64,000 bases of DNA from Candidatus Woesearchaeota archaeon (GCA_047602735.1 JBLKOK010000002.1:20280-84279), one strand, 5' to 3'. Numbered from the stretch's first letter, positions 36,269-44,737 are shown. The notes: generated by a model not told the origin, from the sequence alone. A program made the numbers and translations.

Positions 36269-37771
36269 ATGGCGAAACTTACTAATACAAAAATATTTGG
36301 AGACTTAACCGTAGTTGGAAAAGGAAAATTCAACAACACCATAAAAATAGGACCTCCAACACAAGACGACCATGCCACAACCAAACAATACGTAGATGAT
36401 CAAATAAACAACATAACCTTAACACCCGGTCCTCAAGGTCATACTGGGCCTACTGGGCCAGTTGGAGATATAGGAAATACAGGAAGTACAGGCGCTGTAG
36501 GTTATACAGGTGTAACAGGACCTGTGGGAGATACGGGTAGTTCTGGTGGTGTTGGGAGTCAAGGACCTGCAGGAGCTACAGGACCTGCAGGACACAGAGG
36601 AGTACAAGGACCTCAAGGACCTGGAGGATATAGAGGAGTACAAGGCGGAGCTGGACCAAGAGGACCACAAGGAAGTCATAGTACTACTGCAGGGCCAAGG
36701 GGACCACAAGGAAGCCAAGGAGCAACCGGGTATACAGGTAATAGAGGAGTACAAGGACCAGCAGGACCAGCAGGGCCAAGAGGACCGCAGGGTTCTGCAA
36801 GTAGTGTGAGAGGACCACAAGGAGCAGCCAATACAACTACAGGACCAAGAGGACCACAAGGAGGACAAGGAGCAACCGGACGCAGAGGACACACAGGAGG
36901 CGGAGGACCAGGAGGACCAAGAGGACCACAAGGAAGCCAAGGAGCAACCGGACACACAGGAAACAGAGGACCAGGAGGACCAGGAGGACCAAGAGGACCA
37001 CAAGGAGGACAAGGAGCAACCGGACGCAGAGGACACACAGGAGGCGGAGGACCAAGAGGACCACAAGGAGGCGGAGGACCAAGAGGACCACAAGGAGGCG
37101 GAGGACCAAGAGGACCACAAGGAGGCGGAGGATCGAGAGGACCACAAGGAGGCGGAGGACCAAGAGGACCACAAGGACCAGGCGGACCTACTGGTTGGTC
37201 TGGTAATACTGGACCTGCAGGTCCTCTTGGAATTAGGGGTCATCAAGGACCTCAAGGATATGCGGATACAGGTTCTTTCTCTACTAAGAAATTAAAGTAT
37301 GATATTAAGGATTTAGAAGATCAAACCAGAAAAGTTAATAAATTAAGGCCTGTTAGTTATAGGTGGAAGAAAGATAATGTAAAAGATATTGGTCTTATTT
37401 CTCAAGAGCTTCATGAAATTTATCCGGAGTTTACAGGATTAGATGAGAATGGAGAAGCGGTTAATATTGATTATAGTAAGTTAGTTACTGTTTTATTTGA
37501 TGTTGCTAAGCGTCAACAAAAAAAGATTGATGATTTGGTTAATAAATTTGAGTTTAAATTTTTAAGAGTTGTTGCTTCCAAGGATAAGTGTGATTTAGTT
37601 GTTAGTCTTCCAGATTATTTTAAGTATTTAAATAAAAATAATAGTGTGTTGGTTCAGCCTATTAACATGTTTAGTTCTGGTTATGGAGTAATTAAAAGTA
37701 ATAGTTTAGAGTTGTATTTGGATAAGAAAGGAGAATATGATGTTTTAATTATGAGTGTTAGGACTGATTAA
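36269..37771 (+). CDS. collagen-like triple-helix repeat protein with C-terminal S74-type intramolecular-chaperone domain (paralogue 3)
   Basis: Same N-terminal 55 aa as paralogue 2, ~285 aa of Gly-X-Y including 5 x GGGPRGPQG, then [54 protein letters not shown]. Confidence 0.75.
   Translation: MAKLTNTKIFGDLTVVGKGKFNNTIKIGPPTQDDHATTKQYVDDQINNITLTPGPQGHTGPTGPVGDIGNTGSTGAVGYTGVTGPVGDTGSSGGVGSQGPAGATGPAGHRGVQGPQGPGGYRGVQGGAGPRGPQGSHSTTAGPRGPQGSQGATGYTGNRGVQGPAGPAGPRGPQGSASSVRGPQGAANTTTGPRGPQGGQGATGRRGHTGGGGPGGPRGPQGSQGATGHTGNRGPGGPGGPRGPQGGQGATGRRGHTGGGGPRGPQGGGGPRGPQGGGGPRGPQGGGGSRGPQGGGGPRGPQGPGGPTGWSGNTGPAGPLGIRGHQGPQGYADTGSFSTKKLKYDIKDLEDQTRKVNKLRPVSYRWKKDNVKDIGLISQELHEIYPEFTGLDENGEAVNIDYSKLVTVLFDVAKRQQKKIDDLVNKFEFKFLRVVASKDKCDLVVSLPDYFKYLNKNNSVLVQPINMFSSGYGVIKSNSLELYLDKKGEYDVLIMSVRTD
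37041..37175. repeat. 5 x 27-bp tandem repeat (GAGGCGGAGGACCAAGAGGACCACAAG) encoding GGGPRGPQG
   Basis: Read directly. The fourth copy has the GGATCGAGAGGA variant. Confidence 0.85.
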
Positions 37772-38885
37772 GTTGTTTGTATAAGCTTAGTATTATTATT
37801 GTTAGAACAATTATTATAGATACGAATAAGATTATTTGTGAATAATTCTTTGTTAAAGGTTGTTGTGTTTGTTGTTGACCTAATATATGTATGTTATTAT
37901 TTGTTATTATTGTGCGATATTGTTTTTGTGTTTGTATTCCTTCAAAGTTTAATTGTATTTCTAAATCGTAGTTTCCAGGTTCTAATCCTAAGGTATTTAG
38001 ATATATAGGAACTACTATGTTTTTATTTGGTTGTATTTGGATTTGTTGTGTTGTTTGTATATTTGTTTGTTTTATATTTGCAGTTATTTGTACGTCTAAA
38101 TTATTTGTCCATTCGTTTTTTAGTTTTAGGTCTATTTGCGCTATTTCTCCTAATCTAAATGGATAAGTAGTTAGTGATGTTATGTTTATTGTTGGTTTTC
38201 CTACGAGTATAGTTTTGTTTTTTTCTAGTAATTCTTGGTCGTATTTTATTTGTGCTTGTATTGTTTTTGTTCCTATTTGTGTTGGTGTCCAGTTATAGTT
38301 TATGTTTATTGTTTCTAGTGATTGAATTGTTTTAGTTTGTTGAATTGTTTCTTGGTTTATTTTTATGGTTGATGTTAGTGTTGTTTGTGTTAGTCCTATA
38401 TTTGTTGTTTTTAGTGTTATTATTCCTTTTTTGTTTGGTTCAAAGTTCGAGTTTAGTATTTCAAATTCTAATAATGGTTCTTGTACCGGATTTATTATTA
38501 TTAAGTCATGTGTTAGGCTTATTTGTGCTGCTATTTGTGATTGTGTTTGAGTTATTTTTGATATTGTTATAGGTATTTGGTTTCTTCCAGGATTTAATTT
38601 TTCTCTTGGTATGTTTGTTGTTATTTGTATTATTTCGTGTTGTGTTTGGTTTGTGAATTCTATTTGTGATTGGCTTAGTGTTATGTATTGTGATAATTCG
38701 TTTGGTATTTTTATTGTTGCTATAAAGTCTTGGTTTAGATTATTTATTATTCTTAAGTTATATGTTTGTGATAGTTCCAGTGTTTCTGTTTTTGCAGGCG
38801 CTATACCTAATGCATGTATTTGAGGTATTATCAACGTTATTAATAATATTGTTAGTATTATTTTTTTCACTGTGCTATACCCCAT
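37758..38885 (-). CDS. secreted beta-rich protein with signal peptide and C-terminal TM anchor; paralogue of 19451..20587
   Basis: Signal [18 protein letters not shown] and C-terminal [19 protein letters not shown]. It shares the IAPAK...[13 protein letters not shown] pattern with the 378 aa protein at 19.5 kb. Gln/Thr-rich. Confidence 0.4.
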   Translation of the reverse strand: MGYSTVKKIILTILLITLIIPQIHALGIAPAKTETLELSQTYNLRIINNLNQDFIATIKIPNELSQYITLSQSQIEFTNQTQHEIIQITTNIPREKLNPGRNQIPITISKITQTQSQIAAQISLTHDLIIINPVQEPLLEFEILNSNFEPNKKGIITLKTTNIGLTQTTLTSTIKINQETIQQTKTIQSLETININYNWTPTQIGTKTIQAQIKYDQELLEKNKTILVGKPTINITSLTTYPFRLGEIAQIDLKLKNEWTNNLDVQITANIKQTNIQTTQQIQIQPNKNIVVPIYLNTLGLEPGNYDLEIQLNFEGIQTQKQYRTIITNNNIHILGQQQTQQPLTKNYSQIILFVSIIIVLTIIILSLYKQLNQS

Positions 38886-40393
38886 ATAAAGTTTATTTCA
38901 GATTCTTTTGTTCCTGGCGGTTCGGCGCTTGGAACAGTTATAGATATATCAAAAGTTATGTTATTTGTAGGACTTTGCCAATTTAGGTCTTTTATTACAT
39001 TAGGAGTGTTTTGAGATATGTTTATCCAGTTAGTTATTGATTGTGATTCGTTAAAGTTTCCAGTTCTTGGTCTTAACATAAAAAATGATGTGTTAAGAGT
39101 TTGTGTTTCCCAAAGACTTTGCGTTGAAGTTATATTTCTCAAATCTGCTTCTATATTTCCATCGTTTCTAAACAGAAGCGGTTCGGGATTATTTGAGGTA
39201 GTGTTTAGTTGTTGATCTAGTTGTAGTGTTCCAAAGTTTATTTCGTTAACTATGGGCGTTATAATTATTGCTTGTACAAGTGTAAAATTAGATATGTTAC
39301 TCCATTCAGAGTATTCTTCTCCGTCAAATGCTCTTACTCTCCAATAATATGTTCCAAAGTCTTGAGGTAATATTTCTGTGTAGTTATTTTGTGTTAATCC
39401 TGTTTCATTTGTTACAATTATAGTAAGTGCTTCGTCCCTTGCAACTATTAATTCATATGTTAGTGGATCGTTGTCGTGATCTATTGGTATTGTCCAGTTG
39501 TAAAATATGTATCTGTTTGTGTATGTGTCATCTCCGTCTTCAGGGTTTAGTAATAATGGTTGTTTTGGAGGATGGTTTATTATTGTTACAGTTGAGCTAT
39601 TCATAGGTGTTGAGTTTAATTGTCCATCATCTGCTATACAGTTTAGTATCCATTCTTGGCTTTTTTGAGTTTGAGTGTTAGATATATTATTTACATTTAT
39701 TAAAGTATTTTGAGTTGTAAAGCTTGTCACACCAGACAAATGTTGAGTTCCATTCAAATACCAAGTATAGTGATATCTTACATCATCTAGATCAGAGTCT
39801 TGTGCTTGACAAAATCCTTGAAGAGTATAGTTTGAATAAACTGTTTGGTTTGGTTGTATGTATACTTGTACTAATTCAGGTGGTGCGTTATCAAATCCAC
39901 AACAAACTCTTGTTATATATGCAGAATCGCATGCTGCGCTTATGTGAGCGTTTGATAAATTTGTTGGATCTTCTGATGATGCTAATGAGTATATGCATTC
40001 AGCATCTTCAGGACACGTATTTTCATATACACCACATTGTACTTTCCTATTTGTTACAGATATACAAGATTCATAAGGATAATTATCTTGGGTTGGTACT
40101 TCAACGTGAGCATTTGTTTGTGATGATAGTCTTACAAATACCGCGCCATCGTCTGTGCATGTATTTGTTAAGTCTTGCGATATTAAGTCTGCGTTGCAAC
40201 ATATTACATTATCATATGTTCCTATACTTGCTAGTTGAGCGTGAGCATTATGATACCCTCCCGTATCGTTTAGTACACCAAGTATTATCGTTCCAGAACA
40301 ACCCGAGATAGTTGTTACTTCACAAGATATATCTGCATTAACAATATTTATTGTAGCAGTTAGTAAAATTAAGATTATGATAAGTTTTTTCAT
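38867..40393 (-). CDS. secreted Cys-rich glycoprotein with a fibronectin-III-like domain
   Basis: Signal MKKLIIILILLTATINIVNA, many Cys and N-x-S/T sites, and an FN3-like motif FGTYYWRVRAFDGEEYSEWSNISNF. Confidence 0.45.
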   Translation of the reverse strand: MKKLIIILILLTATINIVNADISCEVTTISGCSGTIILGVLNDTGGYHNAHAQLASIGTYDNVICCNADLISQDLTNTCTDDGAVFVRLSSQTNAHVEVPTQDNYPYESCISVTNRKVQCGVYENTCPEDAECIYSLASSEDPTNLSNAHISAACDSAYITRVCCGFDNAPPELVQVYIQPNQTVYSNYTLQGFCQAQDSDLDDVRYHYTWYLNGTQHLSGVTSFTTQNTLINVNNISNTQTQKSQEWILNCIADDGQLNSTPMNSSTVTIINHPPKQPLLLNPEDGDDTYTNRYIFYNWTIPIDHDNDPLTYELIVARDEALTIIVTNETGLTQNNYTEILPQDFGTYYWRVRAFDGEEYSEWSNISNFTLVQAIIITPIVNEINFGTLQLDQQLNTTSNNPEPLLFRNDGNIEADLRNITSTQSLWETQTLNTSFFMLRPRTGNFNESQSITNWINISQNTPNVIKDLNWQSPTNNITFDISITVPSAEPPGTKESEINFIWGIAQ

Positions 40394-40529
40394 TAAAACA
40401 CCCGTTCCTCTTTTTGTTATTTCTTAATATAAGTATATAAAGTTTTATATTATAAATTTTTTTTAAGAGTATTATTTGTTAATTATTTTTCTTAGTTTTT
40501 ATAATAATCATATTTTTTTATTAGATATA

Positions 40530-40545
40530 TAAAAACTTTTATATA
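40530..40545 (+). promoter_or_regulatory. candidate archaeal TATA box (TTTTATATA) about 30 nt upstream of tRNA-Ile
   Basis: AT-rich box at the expected -26/-32 spacing from the tRNA 5' end. Identified by eye only. Confidence 0.35.
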
Positions 40546-40571
40546 GTGCTTTGAGGTTCTCTTATTTTATT

Positions 40572-40645
40572 GAGCCCGTGGCTTAGCCTGGTATAGCGCA
40601 CGACTGATAATCGTGAGGTCCGCGGTTCAAATCCGCGCGGGCTCA
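40572..40645 (+). tRNA. tRNA-Ile (anticodon GAT)
   Basis: Acceptor GAGCCCG/CGGGCTC, D-loop with GG, anticodon stem CACGA/TCGTG with loop CTGATAA, and canonical T-arm CGCGG-TTCAAAT-CCGCG. Confidence 0.85.
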
Positions 40646-40664
40646 TATTAACTTTATAAAAAAA

Positions 40665-41249
40665 ATGGAATTTAATCCTAATTTTAAACCAGGTATACTA
40701 GAAATGTTTACAGGACCTATGAAGTCTGGTAAAAGTCTTGAACTTATTCAACGAGTTGAGCGATTAAAGTATATGACTGGTATTGATATTGCTTTTTTTA
40801 AACCAAAAATAGATACTAGAGATAAAAATTTAGTTTCTAGGTTTAGTGATAATGGTTATGATTGTGTTTTTGTTTCTAGTAGCAGAGATATTTTGGATAA
40901 TTTAGATGATGAAAAGGTTGTAGTTATTGATGAAGCCCAGTTTTTTGACGAGGATTTGTTTGATGTTGTTAAGTATTTGTTAAGTGAAGAGTATAATGTT
41001 ATTGTTGCTGGCCTCGATCTTGATTTTAGAGGTGAGCCTTTTGGACCTGTGCCTTCTTTGTTGGCTCTTGCTAATGAAGTTAAAAAGCTTAGTGGTATTT
41101 GTGATTTTAAGGAGTGTAATAACCCTGCTTATTTTACTCAGCGTTTGATTAATGGTGATCCTGCAAGGTATGATAGTCCTACTATTTTGATTGGTGATAG
41201 TGATCATTATGAGACTAGGTGTAGGAAGCATCATTTTGTTCCAAGATGA
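40665..41249 (+). CDS. tdk: thymidine kinase
   Basis: P-loop FTGPMKSGKS, VIDEAQFF, and a C-terminal zinc ribbon CDFKEC...RCRKHH. It sits 20 nt after tRNA-Ile. Confidence 0.9.
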   Translation: MEFNPNFKPGILEMFTGPMKSGKSLELIQRVERLKYMTGIDIAFFKPKIDTRDKNLVSRFSDNGYDCVFVSSSRDILDNLDDEKVVVIDEAQFFDEDLFDVVKYLLSEEYNVIVAGLDLDFRGEPFGPVPSLLALANEVKKLSGICDFKECNNPAYFTQRLINGDPARYDSPTILIGDSDHYETRCRKHHFVPR

Positions 41250-41250
41250 A

Positions 41251-41664
41251 TTAATTTTTAGAATATTTTTCTAATTGTTCTATGAGGTTAGGTATTTCTA
41301 TAATTGCTTGTTTTACTGTTTCTTTTTCTATTTCTTCACCATAATAATTTATTCCGTTTCTAATTTTTCTATATCTGTTAAATTTATTAAATAAATATGT
41401 TTCTTTTAAAATATCTCTTAAGAAAAATCCCATTGATTCATGATCTAAGAATTTATATCCGTTTAAATAACCTATCGCTTCACAATGCTGTCTTAAACCT
41501 TCATATAATTCTCTAAATATTGATTTAGCAGTTTTATTAGAAAAAGGTATTATTTTTGCTGTCTGAATTGCTTGATTTGATTATTTTAATATATTTAAGG
41601 CTCTATTTTTATTAATAGTTACGTTTTTTACTTTCCCTTTTTCTAAACTTTGTTGAAAATTCAT
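41251..41664 (-). pseudogene. HEPN-like (NTase substrate-binding subunit) gene interrupted by an in-frame TAA at codon 28
   Basis: An ATG at 41664..41662 overlaps the TGA of the upstream nucleotidyltransferase (ATGA coupling). Translation reads MNFQQSLEKGKVKNVTINKNRALNILK-stop-SNQAIQTAKII...KIRNGINYYGEEIEKETVKQAIIEIPNLIEQLEKYSKN. The stop is at 41583..41581. The track shows only the last 60 codons. Confidence 0.45.
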
Positions 41665-42191
41665 AATATTGATAATTCACCACTAAGAACTATACCATTA
41701 CAAATATTATTTACTAAATAAGTATTTGATTTTTTTAGTTTATCCCATGATGAATTATTATAAATATGCAAACTTACTTTTCTATTTAATACTTGTTCAT
41801 ACTTGTCCAGTGCAAAAATTTTTTTTATGTCAGATATTATACATATATCTATATCACTATCTTTATAATTGGTAGCTGTCGAGTAACTTCCAAACAAAAC
41901 TATTGTTGGATAATCATATTTTTGTTCTAAATTTTCTATTAGTTTTGATTTTCTTATTTTTTCTAAGTTATAGTAAAGTTTTAGATTTAGTGTTTTTTTT
42001 GAGTTTGTTAATTGATAAAAAGAATATATTCTGTCTTTTTCAAGAGTTAAATATTTTTCTTTTACCAGCATATTTAAGTGTTGTCTTGTTGTTGTATGAT
42101 TAGTTTTTATTAATCTTGAAAGTTCTCTTATACTAAATTTTTTGTTAGGATCTTCGAAGAATGATTTTAATATGTTTAATTTTTTTTCCAT
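41661..42191 (-). CDS. minimal nucleotidyltransferase (MNT) with N-terminal winged-helix domain; cognate of the HEPN-like gene
   Basis: NTase motif IVLFGSYSTATNYKDSDIDICII (GS...DxD) and an N-terminal wHTH (SIRELSRLIKTNHTTTRQHLNMLVKEKYLT). Confidence 0.7.
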   Translation of the reverse strand: MEKKLNILKSFFEDPNKKFSIRELSRLIKTNHTTTRQHLNMLVKEKYLTLEKDRIYSFYQLTNSKKTLNLKLYYNLEKIRKSKLIENLEQKYDYPTIVLFGSYSTATNYKDSDIDICIISDIKKIFALDKYEQVLNRKVSLHIYNNSSWDKLKKSNTYLVNNICNGIVLSGELSIL

Positions 42192-42280
42192 TTGGAAATA
42201 TAAATTTCCAATTGTTTATAAAAGTTTCCATTTTTTATTTGTTTGAAGAATTTTTATATATAATAGTTAGTTTCTTGTTT

Positions 42281-43753
42281 TTTATGGATGAGATTTCAAC
42301 GCTTGTTTTAGAGACTTTGAATTTGGATAAGCAAGTTATTATTTTTGTTAATAGTAAAAGAGGTGCTGAGAGTCAGGCCGAAAAGGTTTCTAAGATAATA
42401 AAGAGTAGTAGTGATGAATTAATTAACATAAGTAATTCTGCTTTGTCTGCTTTGACTAATCCTACTCGTCAGTGTAAGCGGCTTGCGATGACTTTAAAAA
42501 AAGGTGTTGCATTTCATCATTCAGGTCTTAGTAGTAAGCAAAGAGATTTGGTTGAAGATAATTTTAAGCAAGGTAAAATAAAAGTTATTTGTGCAACACC
42601 AACTCTTGCAGCAGGTGTTGATCTTCCAGCGTTTAGAGTTATTATTCGTGATGTTAAAAGATATACTGGTTTTGGTATGAGTTTTATTCCCGTTCTTGAA
42701 TATGAACAACAAGCTGGTAGAGCTGGTCGTCCTAGTTATGATAATGAAGGTCAAGCAGTATTAATTGCTAAAGATCCTATTGAAAGAGAGGAGCTTTGGA
42801 GTCGTTATGTTAACGGTAAGCCTGAGAATATTTATAGTAAGCTTGCTGTTGAGCCTGTTCTTAGAATTTATGTTTTGAGTCTTGTTAGTAGTGGTTTTGT
42901 TAGAAGCTTTGAAGATTTACTTGATTTTATGAGTAATACTTTTTATGCTCATCAGTATGGCGATATGGTTAAGTTGAAGATGATTTTGTCTAAGATTGTT
43001 CGTATGCTTGTTGATTGGAGTTTTTTGGAAGCTGATGAATTTAATCTTAGTGCTACTGTTTTAGGTAGGCGTATTAGTGAGCTTTATCTTGATCCTTATA
43101 CTGCTAATTATTTGCTTGAGAATTTTGATTCTGATTTTGAGGATTTTGGTGTTTTGCAGCTTATTAGTTATACGCTTGAGATGCGTCCGCTTATTCGTAC
43201 TAAGAAGGCTGATGAGCAAATTATTTTTGATCGTTTGATTAATTCTGAGTTGCTTGTTGATGAGCCCGATAGTTATAGTGATGAGTTCGAGGAGTTTTTG
43301 AATAGTGTTAAGACTGCTGTTGTTTTAGAGGATTGGATGAATGAAGTGCACGAGGATATTTTGTATGAGAAGTACGGGGTTACTCCTGGCGAGCTTAATG
43401 CTAAGCTTGAGAGAGGTAATTGGCTTTTATATAGTTTGTATGAGCTTTTAAAAATTAGAGGTTATAAGAACATAGGTGGACTATTGAGAGTTCAGACTAG
43501 GCTTAAGTTTGGTGTTAAAGAAGAGCTTTTACCTCTTTTAAGGCTTAAGGGTATTGGTCGTGTTAGAGCTAGGAAGTTGTTTGTTAATAAAGTTAAAGAT
43601 CTTGGTGATGTTAAAAAGGTGGATGTTACTACGCTTACTCAGATTTTGGGTCCTAGTATGGCTAAGAATGTTAAAGAACAAGTTGGTATAAAAGTTGAGG
43701 TTGTTAAGCAAAATAAACGTAAGGGCCAAATTAATCTTAATGATTTTACTTAA
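42281..43753 (+). CDS. Hel308/Ski2-like DNA helicase, C-terminal half only (RecA2, winged helix, ratchet, HhH); the N-terminal ATPase domain is absent here
   Basis: Helicase motifs IV-VI (VIIFVNSKR, ATPTLAAGVDLPA, QQAGRAGRP), then a Sec63/ratchet-like region and a C-terminal HhH (LLRLKGIGRVRARKL). Neither a Walker A nor a DEAH box is present. The start was chosen at MDEIST. Confidence 0.65.
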   Translation, partial: FMDEISTLVLETLNLDKQVIIFVNSKRGAESQAEKVSKIIKSSSDELINISNSALSALTNPTRQCKRLAMTLKKGVAFHHSGLSSKQRDLVEDNFKQGKIKVICATPTLAAGVDLPAFRVIIRDVKRYTGFGMSFIPVLEYEQQAGRAGRPSYDNEGQAVLIAKDPIEREELWSRYVNGKPENIYSKLAVEPVLRIYVLSLVSSGFVRSFEDLLDFMSNTFYAHQYGDMVKLKMILSKIVRMLVDWSFLEADEFNLSATVLGRRISELYLDPYTANYLLENFDSDFEDFGVLQLISYTLEMRPLIRTKKADEQIIFDRLINSELLVDEPDSYSDEFEEFLNSVKTAVVLEDWMNEVHEDILYEKYGVTPGELNAKLERGNWLLYSLYELLKIRGYKNIGGLLRVQTRLKFGVKEELLPLLRLKGIGRVRARKLFVNKVKDLGDVKKVDVTTLTQILGPSMAKNVKEQVGIKVEVVKQNKRKGQINLNDFT

Positions 43754-44693
43754 TTATATAGCAATGATTGTGGTAGACTACTGTTACTTTTTGTCCTATG
43801 TTTAAGTCTAGTTTTAATGGGTTTTTTGCTTTTGTTGATTGGTAGTTTTTGTTTAGTATTTCTATTTGTGGATTTGTTGTTGTTACTTGGGTTTTGTGTT
43901 TTTTTAGTATCTTAACTGAGTCATGTATTTTTTGGTTGAACGGAAAGGTTGTTTTTTTGTTTTTTTCAAGATCTATCCCCGTATTTTCTTTTCCAAGTGC
44001 TGTTATTAGTATTGGTTGATTTTCTAGTATTATTACGTCTTTTTCTTTAAAGCTAGGTATTGTTAAAAGTGCGTTTACTCTAAATATGTCTTTACTGGTT
44101 TGGTGGTTTCTTGAAAATAGTTGTTCGTTTAAGTCTAGTGTTCCTGAATAGTTTTTTATTACTTGTAATGCGACTTTTTTGAGTTTTTTTTTGTCAATGA
44201 AGTAGAAGTCTGCGCTGTCTTTTTTTTCTACTATGTTATTTGTTAGTATCTTGTTTTTTTGTAAGTAATTTTTTATGTATTGGTTTACTTCTTTTCTTGT
44301 GTTTCTTACTTGTAATATTCCTTCATAGTATTCTGATCCTAGTTTTGCTACTGTTGGACTGTATGTTGTTTCTATGTATATAGTTATTGGGTAAACGTAG
44401 TTTTTGTGTATTATTGTTATTTCAAAATCTTTTTTTATTCCTGGTTTTGTTAGTAATTCGTATTGTTCTAATCCTTTTTCTAGTTCTACTTTTTGGTTTA
44501 TGTTTTGTTTTACTAATTTTTTTGTGAGTTCTCTTAAGTTTTTGAATTTTGTCCATTTTCCTTTGTAGAAGTATCTCATTGATGGACATAGTTGTATCGA
44601 TATTTTTTTGTATTCTATGTCTGTTTCTTTGCAGTCATTGCAAAATGTTCCTGCAGTTATTGTTTTTCCGCATTTTGGACAAAATTTTTTCAT
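43746..44693 (-). CDS. NMD3-like zinc-ribbon protein (ribosomal large-subunit export/maturation factor homologue)
   Basis: N-terminal MKKFCPKCGK...FCNDCKE...LCPSMRYFYKGKW resembles the archaeal NMD3 N-terminal double Cys-x2-Cys region. Confidence 0.45.
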   Translation of the reverse strand: MKKFCPKCGKTITAGTFCNDCKETDIEYKKISIQLCPSMRYFYKGKWTKFKNLRELTKKLVKQNINQKVELEKGLEQYELLTKPGIKKDFEITIIHKNYVYPITIYIETTYSPTVAKLGSEYYEGILQVRNTRKEVNQYIKNYLQKNKILTNNIVEKKDSADFYFIDKKKLKKVALQVIKNYSGTLDLNEQLFSRNHQTSKDIFRVNALLTIPSFKEKDVIILENQPILITALGKENTGIDLEKNKKTTFPFNQKIHDSVKILKKHKTQVTTTNPQIEILNKNYQSTKAKNPLKLDLNIGQKVTVVYHNHCYIIK

Positions 44694-44737
44694 GTTATTA
44701 TTAGTATTAGATATTTATTTAAATCATTGTTGTTTTT

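Noticed and set aside
33379-37255. Numerous long ORFs on both strands inside the collagen genes (for example 33379..33849 -, 33554..34093 +, 33874..34278 -, 34944..35768 -, 35299..35724 -, 36419..37255 -, 36837..37172 -)
   Set aside because: They are translations of the GGN/CCN-rich collagen repeats in alternative frames or on the antisense strand. They yield low-complexity Ser/Trp/Leu/Val or Asp/Glu/Gln-rich products with no independent signals. The in-frame Gly-X-Y reading with conserved N- and C-terminal domains is the real one.
24529-40393. Calling the fibre region an intact provirus
   Set aside because: I see no capsid, portal, terminase, protease, baseplate or integrase candidates among the ORFs in this window. 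Only fibre-like, lectin-like, glycosyltransferase and secreted proteins are present. I therefore describe it as a fibre module of possible viral ancestry rather than a prophage.
42161-42280. N-terminal 40 aa extension (MILICLIFFPFGNINF...) of the helicase ORF in the track
   Set aside because: The sequence is hydrophobic and low-complexity, overlapping the AT-rich spacer and the 3' end of the opposite-strand MNT gene. The helicase homology begins at MDEIST (42281).
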